Made by a program: the position numbers and the translations under genes | Part shown: in pieces, positions 9,401-18,665 of the stretch | Layout of the letters: each line of letters begins with the position of its first letter | Position numbering within the stretch: the first letter of the stretch is position 1 | The notes under the pieces: generated by a model | Told to the model about the DNA's origin: nothing | Seen by the model: only the letters and a program-made list of their open reading frames with translations | Databases searched by the model: none | Assembly: GCA_963737905.1 (NCBI GenBank) | Contig: CAVTUQ010000039.1 | Coordinates: 82,800 to 146,799, forward strand | Length of the DNA: 64,000 nucleotides | Reading direction: 5' to 3' | Source of the DNA: an uncultured delta proteobacterium | GTDB taxonomy: Bacteria; Desulfobacterota; Binatia; UBA9968

Positions 9401-9416
9401 GCAAGCTTGATGCCAA
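9401..9416 (-). promoter_or_regulatory. Sigma54 (-24/-12) promoter
   Basis: Minus strand TTGGCATCAAGCTTGC, near-consensus. Confidence 0.7.
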
Positions 9417-9600
9417 GTGACTTTGCTACCTGGGACCTATAACAACCCTGCGGAATAGAAATGGAATTTTAGGAACGCCAGCTTGGCACAAGCTCAGAGG
9501 CAGAAGCGGAAGTCAACTTTATGATACAGGGGAGTATCCGAAATGACTCAGTCACAGTGGAGACAGTCTGGGACGGCCTGTCACACCTTACCCCAACTAA

Positions 9601-11280
9601 TCACCTGGCTACGGTGGTTTTGCGGCGACCGATAGCGGCTTCGGCTCGGGGACTGATTGCCCGCTGAACGGCGACGTTTAACAGCGCCGGCTGTCCAGAA
9701 GCGAAGGCACGCTGCAATGCTGGTTCCAGATCTTCAGCATGCTCCACAAACTCTCCGTACCCACCGAGTCCTTGAACCACCCGTTCGTAGCGCGTTTGCA
9801 GTAACTCGGTAGCGACAGGCCGGCCGTATAAACCTAGCTGGATTTGCCGGTCGATGCCCCAAGCGGAATCGTTACCTAATATCGCCACGATGTTGAGTCT
9901 GTGACGCACCGCCGTATCGAATTCCATTCCATTGAAACCAAAGGCTCCATCGCCGGTCAGCATGATCACCCGTGAGTCAGGGTAAGCTACTTTCGCAGCC
10001 AGCGCTGTGGGGAGCGACGATCCCAACATCCCTAGACTAGAAACGTAAAACCAACGCTTGGGCTTGATAGCGGGCAACAAAGACCGGGCGAAATGGCAAA
10101 AGTCTCCACCATCAAACACCAGGCAGTCGTCGGGACGCAGGATAGACTTGATGGTCTTGTGGACGAAGAGGGCATGCATCGGTGTCTCGGATCGAGCCAG
10201 ATTTTCTGCCCAGACCGACTGCCCAGCACTCACCTCGCGCAATTCATCCAGCCACGGAAGGTCCTTCCATGTGAAGCTGGCCGCTTCCTTCGTCATCTGA
10301 TCCAAAACACTGGTGACATCACCCACCATGCCCACGGCAACTCCTCGATTGCGGCCGATCTCCAAGGCCGAAGGATCGATTTGGACGATCTTAGCCGCCG
10401 CCGCTATGTGAGGCGGACGACAAAAACCAATGGTGAAGTCTTGCTTGCGCCCCAGAAGCAAAACAACGTCGGCCTCGCGAACCTTGGCGGCTGCTCGATT
10501 CAAGCCGCGCTCGAAAAATCCAAAGACATACGTGTGATCGTCAGATACCAAGCCCCGCGATTGCTCTTCCGTCAGCAACGGTAGATGGGTGGTTTCGATG
10601 AAGCGTTGGAGGGCCTCACCGGAAAGCGTATAACCGGCGGCGCTGCCAGCGATGATCAGAGGTTTCTTTGCCTGGTGCAGAAGCTCGATCGCCCGCCGCA
10701 CACTTTCCGGATGGGCGAGCATCGACTCCTTCGCGCGGTATTCACCCGGTTCATGCAACACCACCTGCTCTTCGTCTAAGCTCTCTTCTTGTAGGTTGAT
10801 GGGGATCGTCAAGTGAACCGGCCCGCGCCGGCCACTGAAAGCCAGGCGCATTGCCCGTCGGATAAATTCTGGAATCCTTCGCGCATCATCGACTAGAAAC
10901 GAACCCTTGGTCATCGGCGCAGCCATATGCACCTGGTCGATCTCCTGCTGGCCCCCACGTCCCAAGTCATGGAGGTCGGCGCAGCCGGCAATGGAAATGA
11001 CGGGGCTTTCACTGTGCATGGCATTGGTCAGGCCGGGAATTGCATTGGCAAAGCCCGGAGTAGTGTACATGCAAATGCCGGGCTGTTCCGTGATGCGACC
11101 CCACGCGTCCGCCATATGGACCGCCGCCTGTTCGTGACGGGTATCGATGATGCGGAAGTTCTGATCCGCCATACTGTCTAACACCGGCAGAATATGATCG
11201 CCGGCCAAGGCAAAAATATTGGCCACCCCTTCGAGTTTGAGCGCTCTGCAGATTAGCTCAGCTCCAGTGATTCGACCCAT
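9601..11280 (-). CDS. Thiamine-pyrophosphate-dependent enzyme (acetolactate synthase-like / 2-hydroxyacyl-CoA lyase-like)
   Basis: TRHEQAAVHMAD, GRRGPVHL, TPP motif GDGAFGFNGMEFDTAVR...GND. Confidence 0.92.
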   Translation of the reverse strand: MGRITGAELICRALKLEGVANIFALAGDHILPVLDSMADQNFRIIDTRHEQAAVHMADAWGRITEQPGICMYTTPGFANAIPGLTNAMHSESPVISIAGCADLHDLGRGGQQEIDQVHMAAPMTKGSFLVDDARRIPEFIRRAMRLAFSGRRGPVHLTIPINLQEESLDEEQVVLHEPGEYRAKESMLAHPESVRRAIELLHQAKKPLIIAGSAAGYTLSGEALQRFIETTHLPLLTEEQSRGLVSDDHTYVFGFFERGLNRAAAKVREADVVLLLGRKQDFTIGFCRPPHIAAAAKIVQIDPSALEIGRNRGVAVGMVGDVTSVLDQMTKEAASFTWKDLPWLDELREVSAGQSVWAENLARSETPMHALFVHKTIKSILRPDDCLVFDGGDFCHFARSLLPAIKPKRWFYVSSLGMLGSSLPTALAAKVAYPDSRVIMLTGDGAFGFNGMEFDTAVRHRLNIVAILGNDSAWGIDRQIQLGLYGRPVATELLQTRYERVVQGLGGYGEFVEHAEDLEPALQRAFASGQPALLNVAVQRAISPRAEAAIGRRKTTVAR

Positions 11281-11342
11281 TATCGCTCCTTTAGGTTTGC
11301 CGACGAAAAACTTTCCTTCTTATGTGCAATTGCTTCATCCTC

Positions 11343-11353
11343 TGTATCATACA
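11343..11353. promoter_or_regulatory. Possible GntR/FadR-type operator
   Basis: Palindrome TGTAT-C-ATACA overlapping a TATGAT -10 candidate upstream of the TPP enzyme gene. Confidence 0.3.
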
Positions 11354-11614
11354 ATTGCGTAAAGACAGTCAAGCGTTTCCGGGGGTCATAATCACCATCG
11401 TGCGAACAGTCACAGAGCGAGCCTGTAGAGGGCACACGGCGAAACCGGTCAAAAAATCAATGCGGGGGAAAACATTCAATTAAAAGTGCAGGTCATCGCC
11501 TCATGCCGCGCGCGGCTTAATTCGAATCGCGACGGGGCATTTATGGACGCAGCGCGGTGGGCCCTACGACTGCCGAAGATCAAACTATTGCAGTAGAAAA
11601 GTTAAACAGTTTTT

Positions 11615-11755
11615 TTAGTCGCGCCGGAAGTATTGGTCAAAGGCCCACGACGCTAATACAAAACCAAAGAAGTAACCAACGAATTGTGTGAGTCCGGGCA
11701 CAGATTTCAGCATGTACCAGAAAGTCGCTAACAGCACTATGCCATACGTACCCAT
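11615..11755 (-). CDS. Small membrane protein (46 aa, two hydrophobic segments)
   Basis: MGTYGIVLLATFWYMLKSVPGLTQFVGYFFGFVLASWAFDQYFRRD. Weak RBS; below the ORF-track cutoff. Confidence 0.4.
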   Translation of the reverse strand: MGTYGIVLLATFWYMLKSVPGLTQFVGYFFGFVLASWAFDQYFRRD

Positions 11756-11927
11756 GGGCCATTCACGCAACCGTCAGCAAACCAGAGCTGCTATCGGACT
11801 GTTCTTGCTCGGGACGAGTAACTGAGGGGACCATTTTTTAACCGTGGGTGGCGGGCGCCTTAACGATCAAGCCGTTGGTCCTGCGCGCAGAAACTTGAAA
11901 AAGCTTTACCCGCAGGGTCGCGCTTGA

Positions 11928-12119
11928 TTAAGCTTTTTCGGCTTGCGAATCGCCGCCAGGTTTGGCCTCCATCGTCACGGATTCCTTCTGGTTGGTGCCA
12001 GGCTTGCGATGGGCTTCCTGCTCCCGTGCCCGCAACGCATTCAGTCGCTCCCGGAACCAAGTTTTCTCGGGCCAGGCCCAGTTATGATCAGAGTTGGGGT
12101 CGAACTCCGGCGGTTTCAT
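11928..12119 (-). CDS. Hypothetical small protein (63 aa) with WPxxTWFxxRL motif
   Basis: MKPPEFDPNSDHNWAWPEKTWFRERLNALRARE..., directly downstream of a sigma54 site. Motif shared with 7711-7944. Confidence 0.65.
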   Translation of the reverse strand: MKPPEFDPNSDHNWAWPEKTWFRERLNALRAREQEAHRKPGTNQKESVTMEAKPGGDSQAEKA

Positions 12120-12138
12120 GGCGATCTGAGGATTGCCC

Positions 12139-12154
12139 AGCAATCAGCATGCCA
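12139..12154 (-). promoter_or_regulatory. Sigma54 (-24/-12) promoter
   Basis: Minus strand TGGCATGCTGATTGCT, essentially consensus. Confidence 0.72.
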
Positions 12155-12340
12155 TAGCCTTTAGTGCGAATTTCCGAATGATTTTTCAGGAATCGATGGA
12201 ATGACTGAACGAAAACCGTTACTTGCCTTTACTCGCCGCCAAATTTTGAACGTTCAGCCGAACCGCTATAAATTGGCAAAGAAACAGATGCGCCTGGAGG
12301 GCAAGTCGTCACTTTCTCCGACCACGAACAAGAACGCTGT

Positions 12341-12970
12341 TTATGAGAAACTCTTCCAATTCAGGAATGACTTATCGGAATAGAGCGCGTCAACATCCGA
12401 AGGAACTGTGATGCCGCGGCTTTTTAAATAATCGGCGATCGGCTTGAGAGGCAGGCCCACGGCGGCCAGATAGTCGCCGCGAATGGACTCGATCAAATTG
12501 CGACCTTCCCCTTGGATCGAATAGGCGCCCGCCTTATCGAGCGATTCGTCACAGGAGAGATAATGCTCGCACTCTTTCTCCGAGTAGTCGCGCATCTTGA
12601 CCGAGACTTCTTCGACGATCCTAAGACCCGGCCCGCCCAAATCATCGAGGATGGCGACGCTGGTAAAGATCCGATGGATTTTTCCTGAAAGCAAGCGCAG
12701 CATCCGTTTCGCATCCGCTATTCCATCAGGTTTACCGATCTTGCTAAGGTTTACTAGAATCATAGTGTCGCTACCGACAACTATGCTTTCGGGATAATTT
12801 CTAGCCACCGATTGGGCTTTTCCTACGGCGAAATCGAGAACCTCCTCTGCAACGGATCGATCGCTTATCGAAAGTTCATCGAACTCTGGAGCGATTACCT
12901 CGAACGGCAGACCGAGAAGCGCGATGATCTCACGACGGCGAGGCGAGGTGGAGGCCAGGAGGAGTCTCAT
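12341..12970 (-). CDS. maf: Maf family nucleoside triphosphate pyrophosphatase
   Basis: LLLASTSPRRREI, GSDT, IGKP, DKAGAYSIQG, VGLP. Confidence 0.95.
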   Translation of the reverse strand: MRLLLASTSPRRREIIALLGLPFEVIAPEFDELSISDRSVAEEVLDFAVGKAQSVARNYPESIVVGSDTMILVNLSKIGKPDGIADAKRMLRLLSGKIHRIFTSVAILDDLGGPGLRIVEEVSVKMRDYSEKECEHYLSCDESLDKAGAYSIQGEGRNLIESIRGDYLAAVGLPLKPIADYLKSRGITVPSDVDALYSDKSFLNWKSFS

Positions 12971-14148
12971 GAAAACAAAAAAGTCGTGTTCGTGACTCGT
13001 GAATCGTTACCGGGAAGCGCAAGCTCGGCGGGATCGAACCGCGCGCCGAGCGATCCGCCGTAGGTCCTGAGACACTGGACAACTTCATCGAAGTGGTTCA
13101 CGCGCACCATCTGCGCGCGTAGCTGCGCCGCCCCAGGGGAATCGCAACAGTACCACGCCAGATGTTTGCGCATACCAACGAAACTTCGGATCACGTTGTG
13201 TTTTTCAAAATGACGGCTATGCTCCAGGAGGACGCGAAAACGCTCCTCCAGACCGATGGACGGTGAATCAATCGTTAAACCGGCAGCGGAGCGCAAAGCC
13301 TGCTTCGCCTGGTCCTTGGCTCTGAAGATCCACGGATTACCCTGGGCAGCGCGCCCGAGGAGGACGCCGTCGACCCCGGTTTCACGCACGCGGCGGAAAA
13401 CCGCCTCCATGTGTTTTACGTCTCCGTTACCGAGAATGAGAGTCGGGGAATTCTTTGCAATCTCGACGGCACGCCCGATCGCTTCCCAATCGGCGTTGCC
13501 CTTGTAACCCTGCTGGAGAGTCCGGCCGTGAAGAGTGATGGCCGCTAGACCCTCCGCCAGCAGAGTTTGCATCCAGTCCTCGACGACGACGCGGTCGTAG
13601 CCGACCCGCGTCTTGACCGACAGAGGGATGAGACGCCGCCAGGCCGGGGTCTCCAGTCCGCTCCTAAGTCGATTTGAAGTCTTGATGCCCTGGATTAACT
13701 CCGGGCTGATCTTGAGATCGTACAGAGTTTGTCCTTCAACCCAGTCTTTGATGCCTTGGCCTGCCGCCTGGATGATCGAACGAGCTAAATCTGGCGTGCG
13801 AATTAGAGCCGCCCCGCTACCCGTGGCGGCAACTTTTTTTGCCGGGCAACCCATATTAATATCCAAGCCATCAAAGCCAAGTTCACAAACGATGTGCGCA
13901 ACCTTGTAGAACATTTCCGGCCTATGACCGTAGACCTGTGCAACCACCGGACGTTCGATCGGGTCATACATCAGGTCTTTGATGAGGCTGTGGGGTGCAA
14001 AGAAGGCGGTCTCGACATTGACAAACTCCGTAAATATAACATCCGGATCGCCGTGCTTTGCCGTGATAAAACGAAAAGAAGCATCGGTGACTCCATCCAT
14101 GGGTGAAAGACCGATAATGGGCCTAACTATTTTTTGCCAGAAATTCAT
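12967..14148 (-). CDS. tRNA-dihydrouridine synthase (Dus family)
   Basis: LSPMDGVTD, DINMGCP, GSGAALI, SVKTR, TLHGRT, GNGDV, GRAAQGNPWIF, MRKHLAWY. Confidence 0.95.
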   Translation of the reverse strand: MNFWQKIVRPIIGLSPMDGVTDASFRFITAKHGDPDVIFTEFVNVETAFFAPHSLIKDLMYDPIERPVVAQVYGHRPEMFYKVAHIVCELGFDGLDINMGCPAKKVAATGSGAALIRTPDLARSIIQAAGQGIKDWVEGQTLYDLKISPELIQGIKTSNRLRSGLETPAWRRLIPLSVKTRVGYDRVVVEDWMQTLLAEGLAAITLHGRTLQQGYKGNADWEAIGRAVEIAKNSPTLILGNGDVKHMEAVFRRVRETGVDGVLLGRAAQGNPWIFRAKDQAKQALRSAAGLTIDSPSIGLEERFRVLLEHSRHFEKHNVIRSFVGMRKHLAWYCCDSPGAAQLRAQMVRVNHFDEVVQCLRTYGGSLGARFDPAELALPGNDSRVTNTTFLFS

Positions 14149-14354
14149 GTTGCTTGGTCGTTAGGATACCATTGGCTCCCTAACCCTTTCAAATGGCACT
14201 TCAGTTGCGAAGTTTGACGTAACGAGTTTGAAGGAAGGATAAGAACAAGGATGAAAGCGGAGTTATCGATTCGGGACAGCGGGAAGGACTTATGTATCTA
14301 ACAAGCACTTGCCGCACGTTCTTACGGGTATAGAATGGAATCTCGCGCACCAAC

Positions 14355-15428
14355 ATGAAGATCGCTCAGATCACCAGCGTGTATATCTCCGTTCCACCGA
14401 AGACCCATGGGGGAACGGAGCGGATCGTCTACCACCTTTGCCAACAGCTCGATCGGCGCGGGCATCATGTCGAGCTTTTCGCGTCAGGAGATTCGCAAGT
14501 CACTTGCACGTTGCAAGCGGTCTTGCCGGTCGCCACGCAGTATGATCCCCAATCAACGTTCTACCTGGAAAAGGAGTATGAGGCGCGCAACACCTACAAT
14601 CTTTATCGCCAGGCGGAACGCTTCGACGTCATTCACGCTCACTGGACAACCCTCGCCCCCTATTTTTCTGCGCTTGCGACAATCCCCACACTGGTCACCT
14701 ATGCTTATATTGAGAAGGAGCTGCACCAATACTATCAGAAACATTTTCCGCGTTGCCTTCCGGTATGCGTCAGCCGCGCTCAGGCAAACATGCTGGGAGA
14801 CGATTCGCTTCCGGTGGTTTACAACGGGGTGGATCTAGACGAGATTCCCTTTAATGACCGGCCGGAAGATTTCTTCATGATCGTCGGCCGCATGACCCCC
14901 GGGAAGGGCATTGCCGAGGCGATCCGCATTGCCAAAAAGGCGAAAGTGAAGCTCCTCATTGTCGGTCATGTCACAACCCACCTACCGTGGAGCGAGGAGT
15001 ATTTTTTAAAAGAAATCAAGCCGCACATCGACGGCGATCACGTTCGTTATATCGAGCGTTTGGCTTATCACGACATCGTGCAAACGATGGGCAAAGCCAG
15101 AGGCTTTCTCTTTCCGCTGCAGTGGGATGAACCCTTCGGTATGGTGGTCATCGAAGCGATGGCTGCGGGAACGCCGGTGCTGGCGTACCGCCGCGGCTCG
15201 ATGCCGGAATTAATCAAGAACAGTGAGACCGGCTACCTGGTTGAAAACGAGGAAGAGATGGTCGAGATGACGCATCGGGTCTCAACCGTGGATCGCGCAC
15301 GCTGTCGCAACTGGGTGCAACAGAATTTTTCGGTAGAACAAATGGTGGACCGCTACGAGCAGCTCTATCGAAAGGTAACCAGCGGGCACTGGAGCCTGAA
15401 GGGCAAACCAGAGCGCCACCATGCGTGA
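14355..15428 (+). CDS. Glycosyltransferase family 4 (GT-B)
   Basis: MKIAQI...VPPKTHGGTER, GRMTPGKG, WDEPFGMVVIEAMAAGTPV. Confidence 0.95.
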   Translation: MKIAQITSVYISVPPKTHGGTERIVYHLCQQLDRRGHHVELFASGDSQVTCTLQAVLPVATQYDPQSTFYLEKEYEARNTYNLYRQAERFDVIHAHWTTLAPYFSALATIPTLVTYAYIEKELHQYYQKHFPRCLPVCVSRAQANMLGDDSLPVVYNGVDLDEIPFNDRPEDFFMIVGRMTPGKGIAEAIRIAKKAKVKLLIVGHVTTHLPWSEEYFLKEIKPHIDGDHVRYIERLAYHDIVQTMGKARGFLFPLQWDEPFGMVVIEAMAAGTPVLAYRRGSMPELIKNSETGYLVENEEEMVEMTHRVSTVDRARCRNWVQQNFSVEQMVDRYEQLYRKVTSGHWSLKGKPERHHA

Positions 15429-16425
15429 CAAAAACTGGAATCTCGAGCGGCTGCGGAGCGAGAGCAGCTATTGGCGCTCGTGTATTCTGATCACAGCCGC
15501 CCATCTGGATCTATTCGGTTGGATCGGCAAGCAAGAAAAAAGCCCAAAAGCTCTGGCGGCCCATTTTGGCGGCAGCACTTCCGGATGGGAAATTTTTCTC
15601 AATGCGCTTTGCGCCATGGGCTTAATGCGAAGGCACCGCGATAAGTTTGCCAATGGCGCATTTGCCGCGCACACTCTCACGCGTGGGGGCGCCGCTTTTC
15701 TGCTGCCCGCTTATGACGCATGGGACAATTGGGGTGGTCTCGCCTCTGCCCTCATCGCCGGAAAGCGACCCGGGCTGCAGAAGCCTTTCGTTTCTGATCG
15801 AACGAAGGCTGGGCGGTTGCTTCATAGCCTGGAGCTCGACGCTCGTGAGATCGCACCCTATCTGATCGAGAAATTACCGTTGCGCCGATCCGCAACTTTG
15901 CTGGACATCGGTGGCGGGCTGGGAACTTTCTCCATTGCTTTTTGTCGCTCTTATCCCCGTCTACAAGTAACCTTGGTGGAGCATCCTCACGTCCTTCCTC
16001 TGGCCCGTCGCGCCGTGAAAAAAGCCGGCATGGCGAGACGGGTGCAGATCGTGGGGGCCGACTTCTCAACAGACGCTCTGCCGCGGGGATTCGATACCAT
16101 ATTTGTCTCCAATGTCCTCCACGCCCACGGCGCCGCAGAAAACCGCGCCCTGCTGCATAAGCTCCAGCGCTGTTTGAACCCTCACGGCCAATTGATTATC
16201 CGCGACGTCTTTATGAGCCCAAAGCGTACGGCACCCGAGTGGGCCACGCTCTTTTCAGTTCTGCTCCTTGTGCACACACCGCGAGGGCGTTGCTATGCAC
16301 TCGACGAGATTCGCGCGTGGTTGCGCCAAGCCGGCTTTTCACGGATACGGGGACCCTTCCGTTCCAGCCCGCTTCCGTGTGATCCCGACTCGATCTTAAT
16401 CGGGGCCAAAACGGGTAAGGAATAA
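15421..16425 (+). CDS. SAM-dependent O-methyltransferase (Methyltransf_2 with dimerisation domain)
   Basis: AAHLDLF dimerisation helix, LLDIGGGLG, GADF, SNVLH. Confidence 0.9.
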   Translation: MRDKNWNLERLRSESSYWRSCILITAAHLDLFGWIGKQEKSPKALAAHFGGSTSGWEIFLNALCAMGLMRRHRDKFANGAFAAHTLTRGGAAFLLPAYDAWDNWGGLASALIAGKRPGLQKPFVSDRTKAGRLLHSLELDAREIAPYLIEKLPLRRSATLLDIGGGLGTFSIAFCRSYPRLQVTLVEHPHVLPLARRAVKKAGMARRVQIVGADFSTDALPRGFDTIFVSNVLHAHGAAENRALLHKLQRCLNPHGQLIIRDVFMSPKRTAPEWATLFSVLLLVHTPRGRCYALDEIRAWLRQAGFSRIRGPFRSSPLPCDPDSILIGAKTGKE

Positions 16426-16470
16426 TGAGAGCAACCGGAGCAAGCCGTCTCGTCTCCCAATAATGATTGG

Positions 16471-16656
16471 CTAAAGATCCGACGCCAGAGTTCCCCGGGT
16501 TCCCCAGTCCTCCTTGTCGATATCTTGAAAGAGGATATGGAGCGAGTCGGGCTTGACCTTGACCACCTCCTCGAAGTCTTGGGTGATCCTGCGCACCAGT
16601 TCCTTTTTCTGCTCCTTGGTTCTGCCCTTATACATATGAATGTGCACCACCGGCAT
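16471..16656 (-). CDS. 4-oxalocrotonate tautomerase family protein
   Basis: Start MPVVHIHMYKGRTKEQK gives the catalytic Pro1 (61 aa). RBS GGAGG before ATG 16656. Confidence 0.92.
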   Translation of the reverse strand: MPVVHIHMYKGRTKEQKKELVRRITQDFEEVVKVKPDSLHILFQDIDKEDWGTRGTLASDL

Positions 16657-16768
16657 GTTCACCTCCGCCATTGAAAAGTATAAATGCAGAATTATGAAAG
16701 CAAAGGGCATAAGGCAAGAGCTGCACAGGAAGCAAGCGGATTCATGAAACCGATCCGGTCGTTACGCT

Positions 16769-17713
16769 CTATTGTTTCGCGGACCGGCTATATCGTGTTT
16801 TCAATTGCTGAAGATACGCCTGCATTCCATCTTGAGAGGTGTCATGGGGAAGTTTTTTGAAGTCATCGATCAGGATTCTGATATCGCCGACTTTCTCCGA
16901 CAAGGCGGCAATCTGATCGAAATATCGGTAGTAGGCCAGATCATGGCTGAGCTTTGCTTCCAGCACCGTGGGTGGGTGCTGGCCCGCTATCTGACGTTGA
17001 AACTGGCGATTATAAACTGGATAGGATGGAATAAGATTCAGAATCTGTGTCTTGGCCTCTTCTATTTCAACGGTCTTGAAAAGTTTCTCCGCCTCGGTCA
17101 CCAGAGCGTTCAACTCCCGTGCATACTGTCTCTCTTCCTCCAGCGTTGCCAACGCTTGCTTTAAGTATTGTTGATCTCCCTTGCGCCTGAAAAATTCCAC
17201 CGCGGCCAGGGAACCAAGGGGGGTAACGATCGACTCTTCAATTTCCCAAGGCAGGGCGAAATTGTTGTCACCGTGTAGGTCCTCATGCAGAATTACTTTG
17301 ACCCGTCGCACGATCCCTTCTTCTGCGAAACCCACCGTGGCGACGGAGCGCGAATCGGCGAACTCATTTCCCTGGCGATAGTAGACGCTATAGCCGTCCA
17401 CCTGATAGACCTGTTCCAATTTCAAATCCTCTTTGGCCACGGAGAAGCCGATGGCCATACGAATGTCGACCGGAGCGTGCAGAGCCAGGGTTCCGTCGCG
17501 CTGCATCCAGAACCACAACATGGAGAGCGCTGGCCCCTCCTGCACGGTCCGGCTGAGCGCTGCCGTGGGCTCGATACCCAGTGTCTTGCCGAAGGCTTTG
17601 ACCTCCCCGACAAGGCGCGCGTTTTCTTCGAGTCGCGTTCCATGATCGAGCCGAGCAAGAGCACAAGAAGAGAGACCCAGGGTGAGAAAGCAACCGGCGA
17701 CGAGTTTAACCAA
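16769..17713 (-). CDS. Putative exported/lipoprotein zinc metallopeptidase-like protein
   Basis: Lipobox-like LGLSSC, HExxH motif (ILHEDLH) and downstream EESI. Start codon uncertain. Confidence 0.6.
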   Translation of the reverse strand: MVKLVAGCFLTLGLSSCALARLDHGTRLEENARLVGEVKAFGKTLGIEPTAALSRTVQEGPALSMLWFWMQRDGTLALHAPVDIRMAIGFSVAKEDLKLEQVYQVDGYSVYYRQGNEFADSRSVATVGFAEEGIVRRVKVILHEDLHGDNNFALPWEIEESIVTPLGSLAAVEFFRRKGDQQYLKQALATLEEERQYARELNALVTEAEKLFKTVEIEEAKTQILNLIPSYPVYNRQFQRQIAGQHPPTVLEAKLSHDLAYYRYFDQIAALSEKVGDIRILIDDFKKLPHDTSQDGMQAYLQQLKTRYSRSAKQ

Positions 17714-17773
17714 CTGCCATCGGCGCCGCGTCCGCCTCCGTCCCGTTGAACCATTTTGGATTGAACCTGAACG

Positions 17774-18655
17774 TCAGAGAGTAAACAGAGAAGCGAGGGG
17801 AGCCAGCCGAGGAATCGCCCCGACCTCGACCAGCATTTGCATCTCGGCGGCCGCGAGCTTTTGCTCCGCTTCGGTGAAGGTGAACTCGATCTTCGGATAA
17901 CGAGCTGAAGCTAGGAGCGCCTCCTTGTCCCCACCGTAACGCTTGACAAACTCCTCGCCGATCTCATCCAGGTGGGCTTCGCTATATGCGAAGGAGCGGC
18001 GAAAGGCCGCGAGCAAGGTCTCTTTGATCCCTGGATAACGTTGCAGCAGATCCTCCCGCGCTGCAATCATGTGCTTGATCATCTGGTCGAACCCATGAAG
18101 CTTTCGCCATGCCTCGCCGTCGGTGTAAAGGCAACGCACACCATCGGCTTCTTCGCCGCGGAAGAAAAAATGATCGAGCAAAACAACGGCGTCCACCTTG
18201 CCGCTCCGCAGCACGTCGAGGAGTTTCTCCTGAGGGTGAGACTCCCAGCGCAGCGTGCGGTCGTCTACCCCATAAACGCGGCGCAGCAGATAACGGTGAA
18301 TCGCGTGGGCGCCCTGGTGCGTCGCAATGAGACGGCCGGCGAGATCCTGCGGAGCTTCCACCGGGCCGTCGATGCGGACGAAGACCCCGTTGCCCTTCAT
18401 CGTCGATTTCCATTCCGTGGAGAGCCCGATAATGGGCGCTCCCTGAAGTTTTCGGCTGAGAAAATTCGGCAGGTAGATATTCGCCACCTGGACGTCGCCA
18501 CGGATCAGAGCCTCCTCCTGCTCATGGCTGGGCGGGTCGGGCAGCTCGATCACTTTCATGTCAAAACCCTCCGGCCTCACCTTCCCAGTAGCCAGGGCAT
18601 AATACGTGCGAAACATACAGAAACGGTTGCGATAGTGCGCGAAGGTCAATTCCAT
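17774..18655 (-). CDS. Periplasmic-binding-protein-II fold protein lacking a signal peptide (4,5-dihydroxyphthalate decarboxylase/MqnD-like)
   Basis: RTYYALATGKVRPEG N-terminus, DLAGRLIA, LRSGKVDA; no hydrophobic leader. Confidence 0.7.
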   Translation of the reverse strand: MELTFAHYRNRFCMFRTYYALATGKVRPEGFDMKVIELPDPPSHEQEEALIRGDVQVANIYLPNFLSRKLQGAPIIGLSTEWKSTMKGNGVFVRIDGPVEAPQDLAGRLIATHQGAHAIHRYLLRRVYGVDDRTLRWESHPQEKLLDVLRSGKVDAVVLLDHFFFRGEEADGVRCLYTDGEAWRKLHGFDQMIKHMIAAREDLLQRYPGIKETLLAAFRRSFAYSEAHLDEIGEEFVKRYGGDKEALLASARYPKIEFTFTEAEQKLAAAEMQMLVEVGAIPRLAPLASLFTL

Positions 18656-18665
18656 AATCTTGCCT

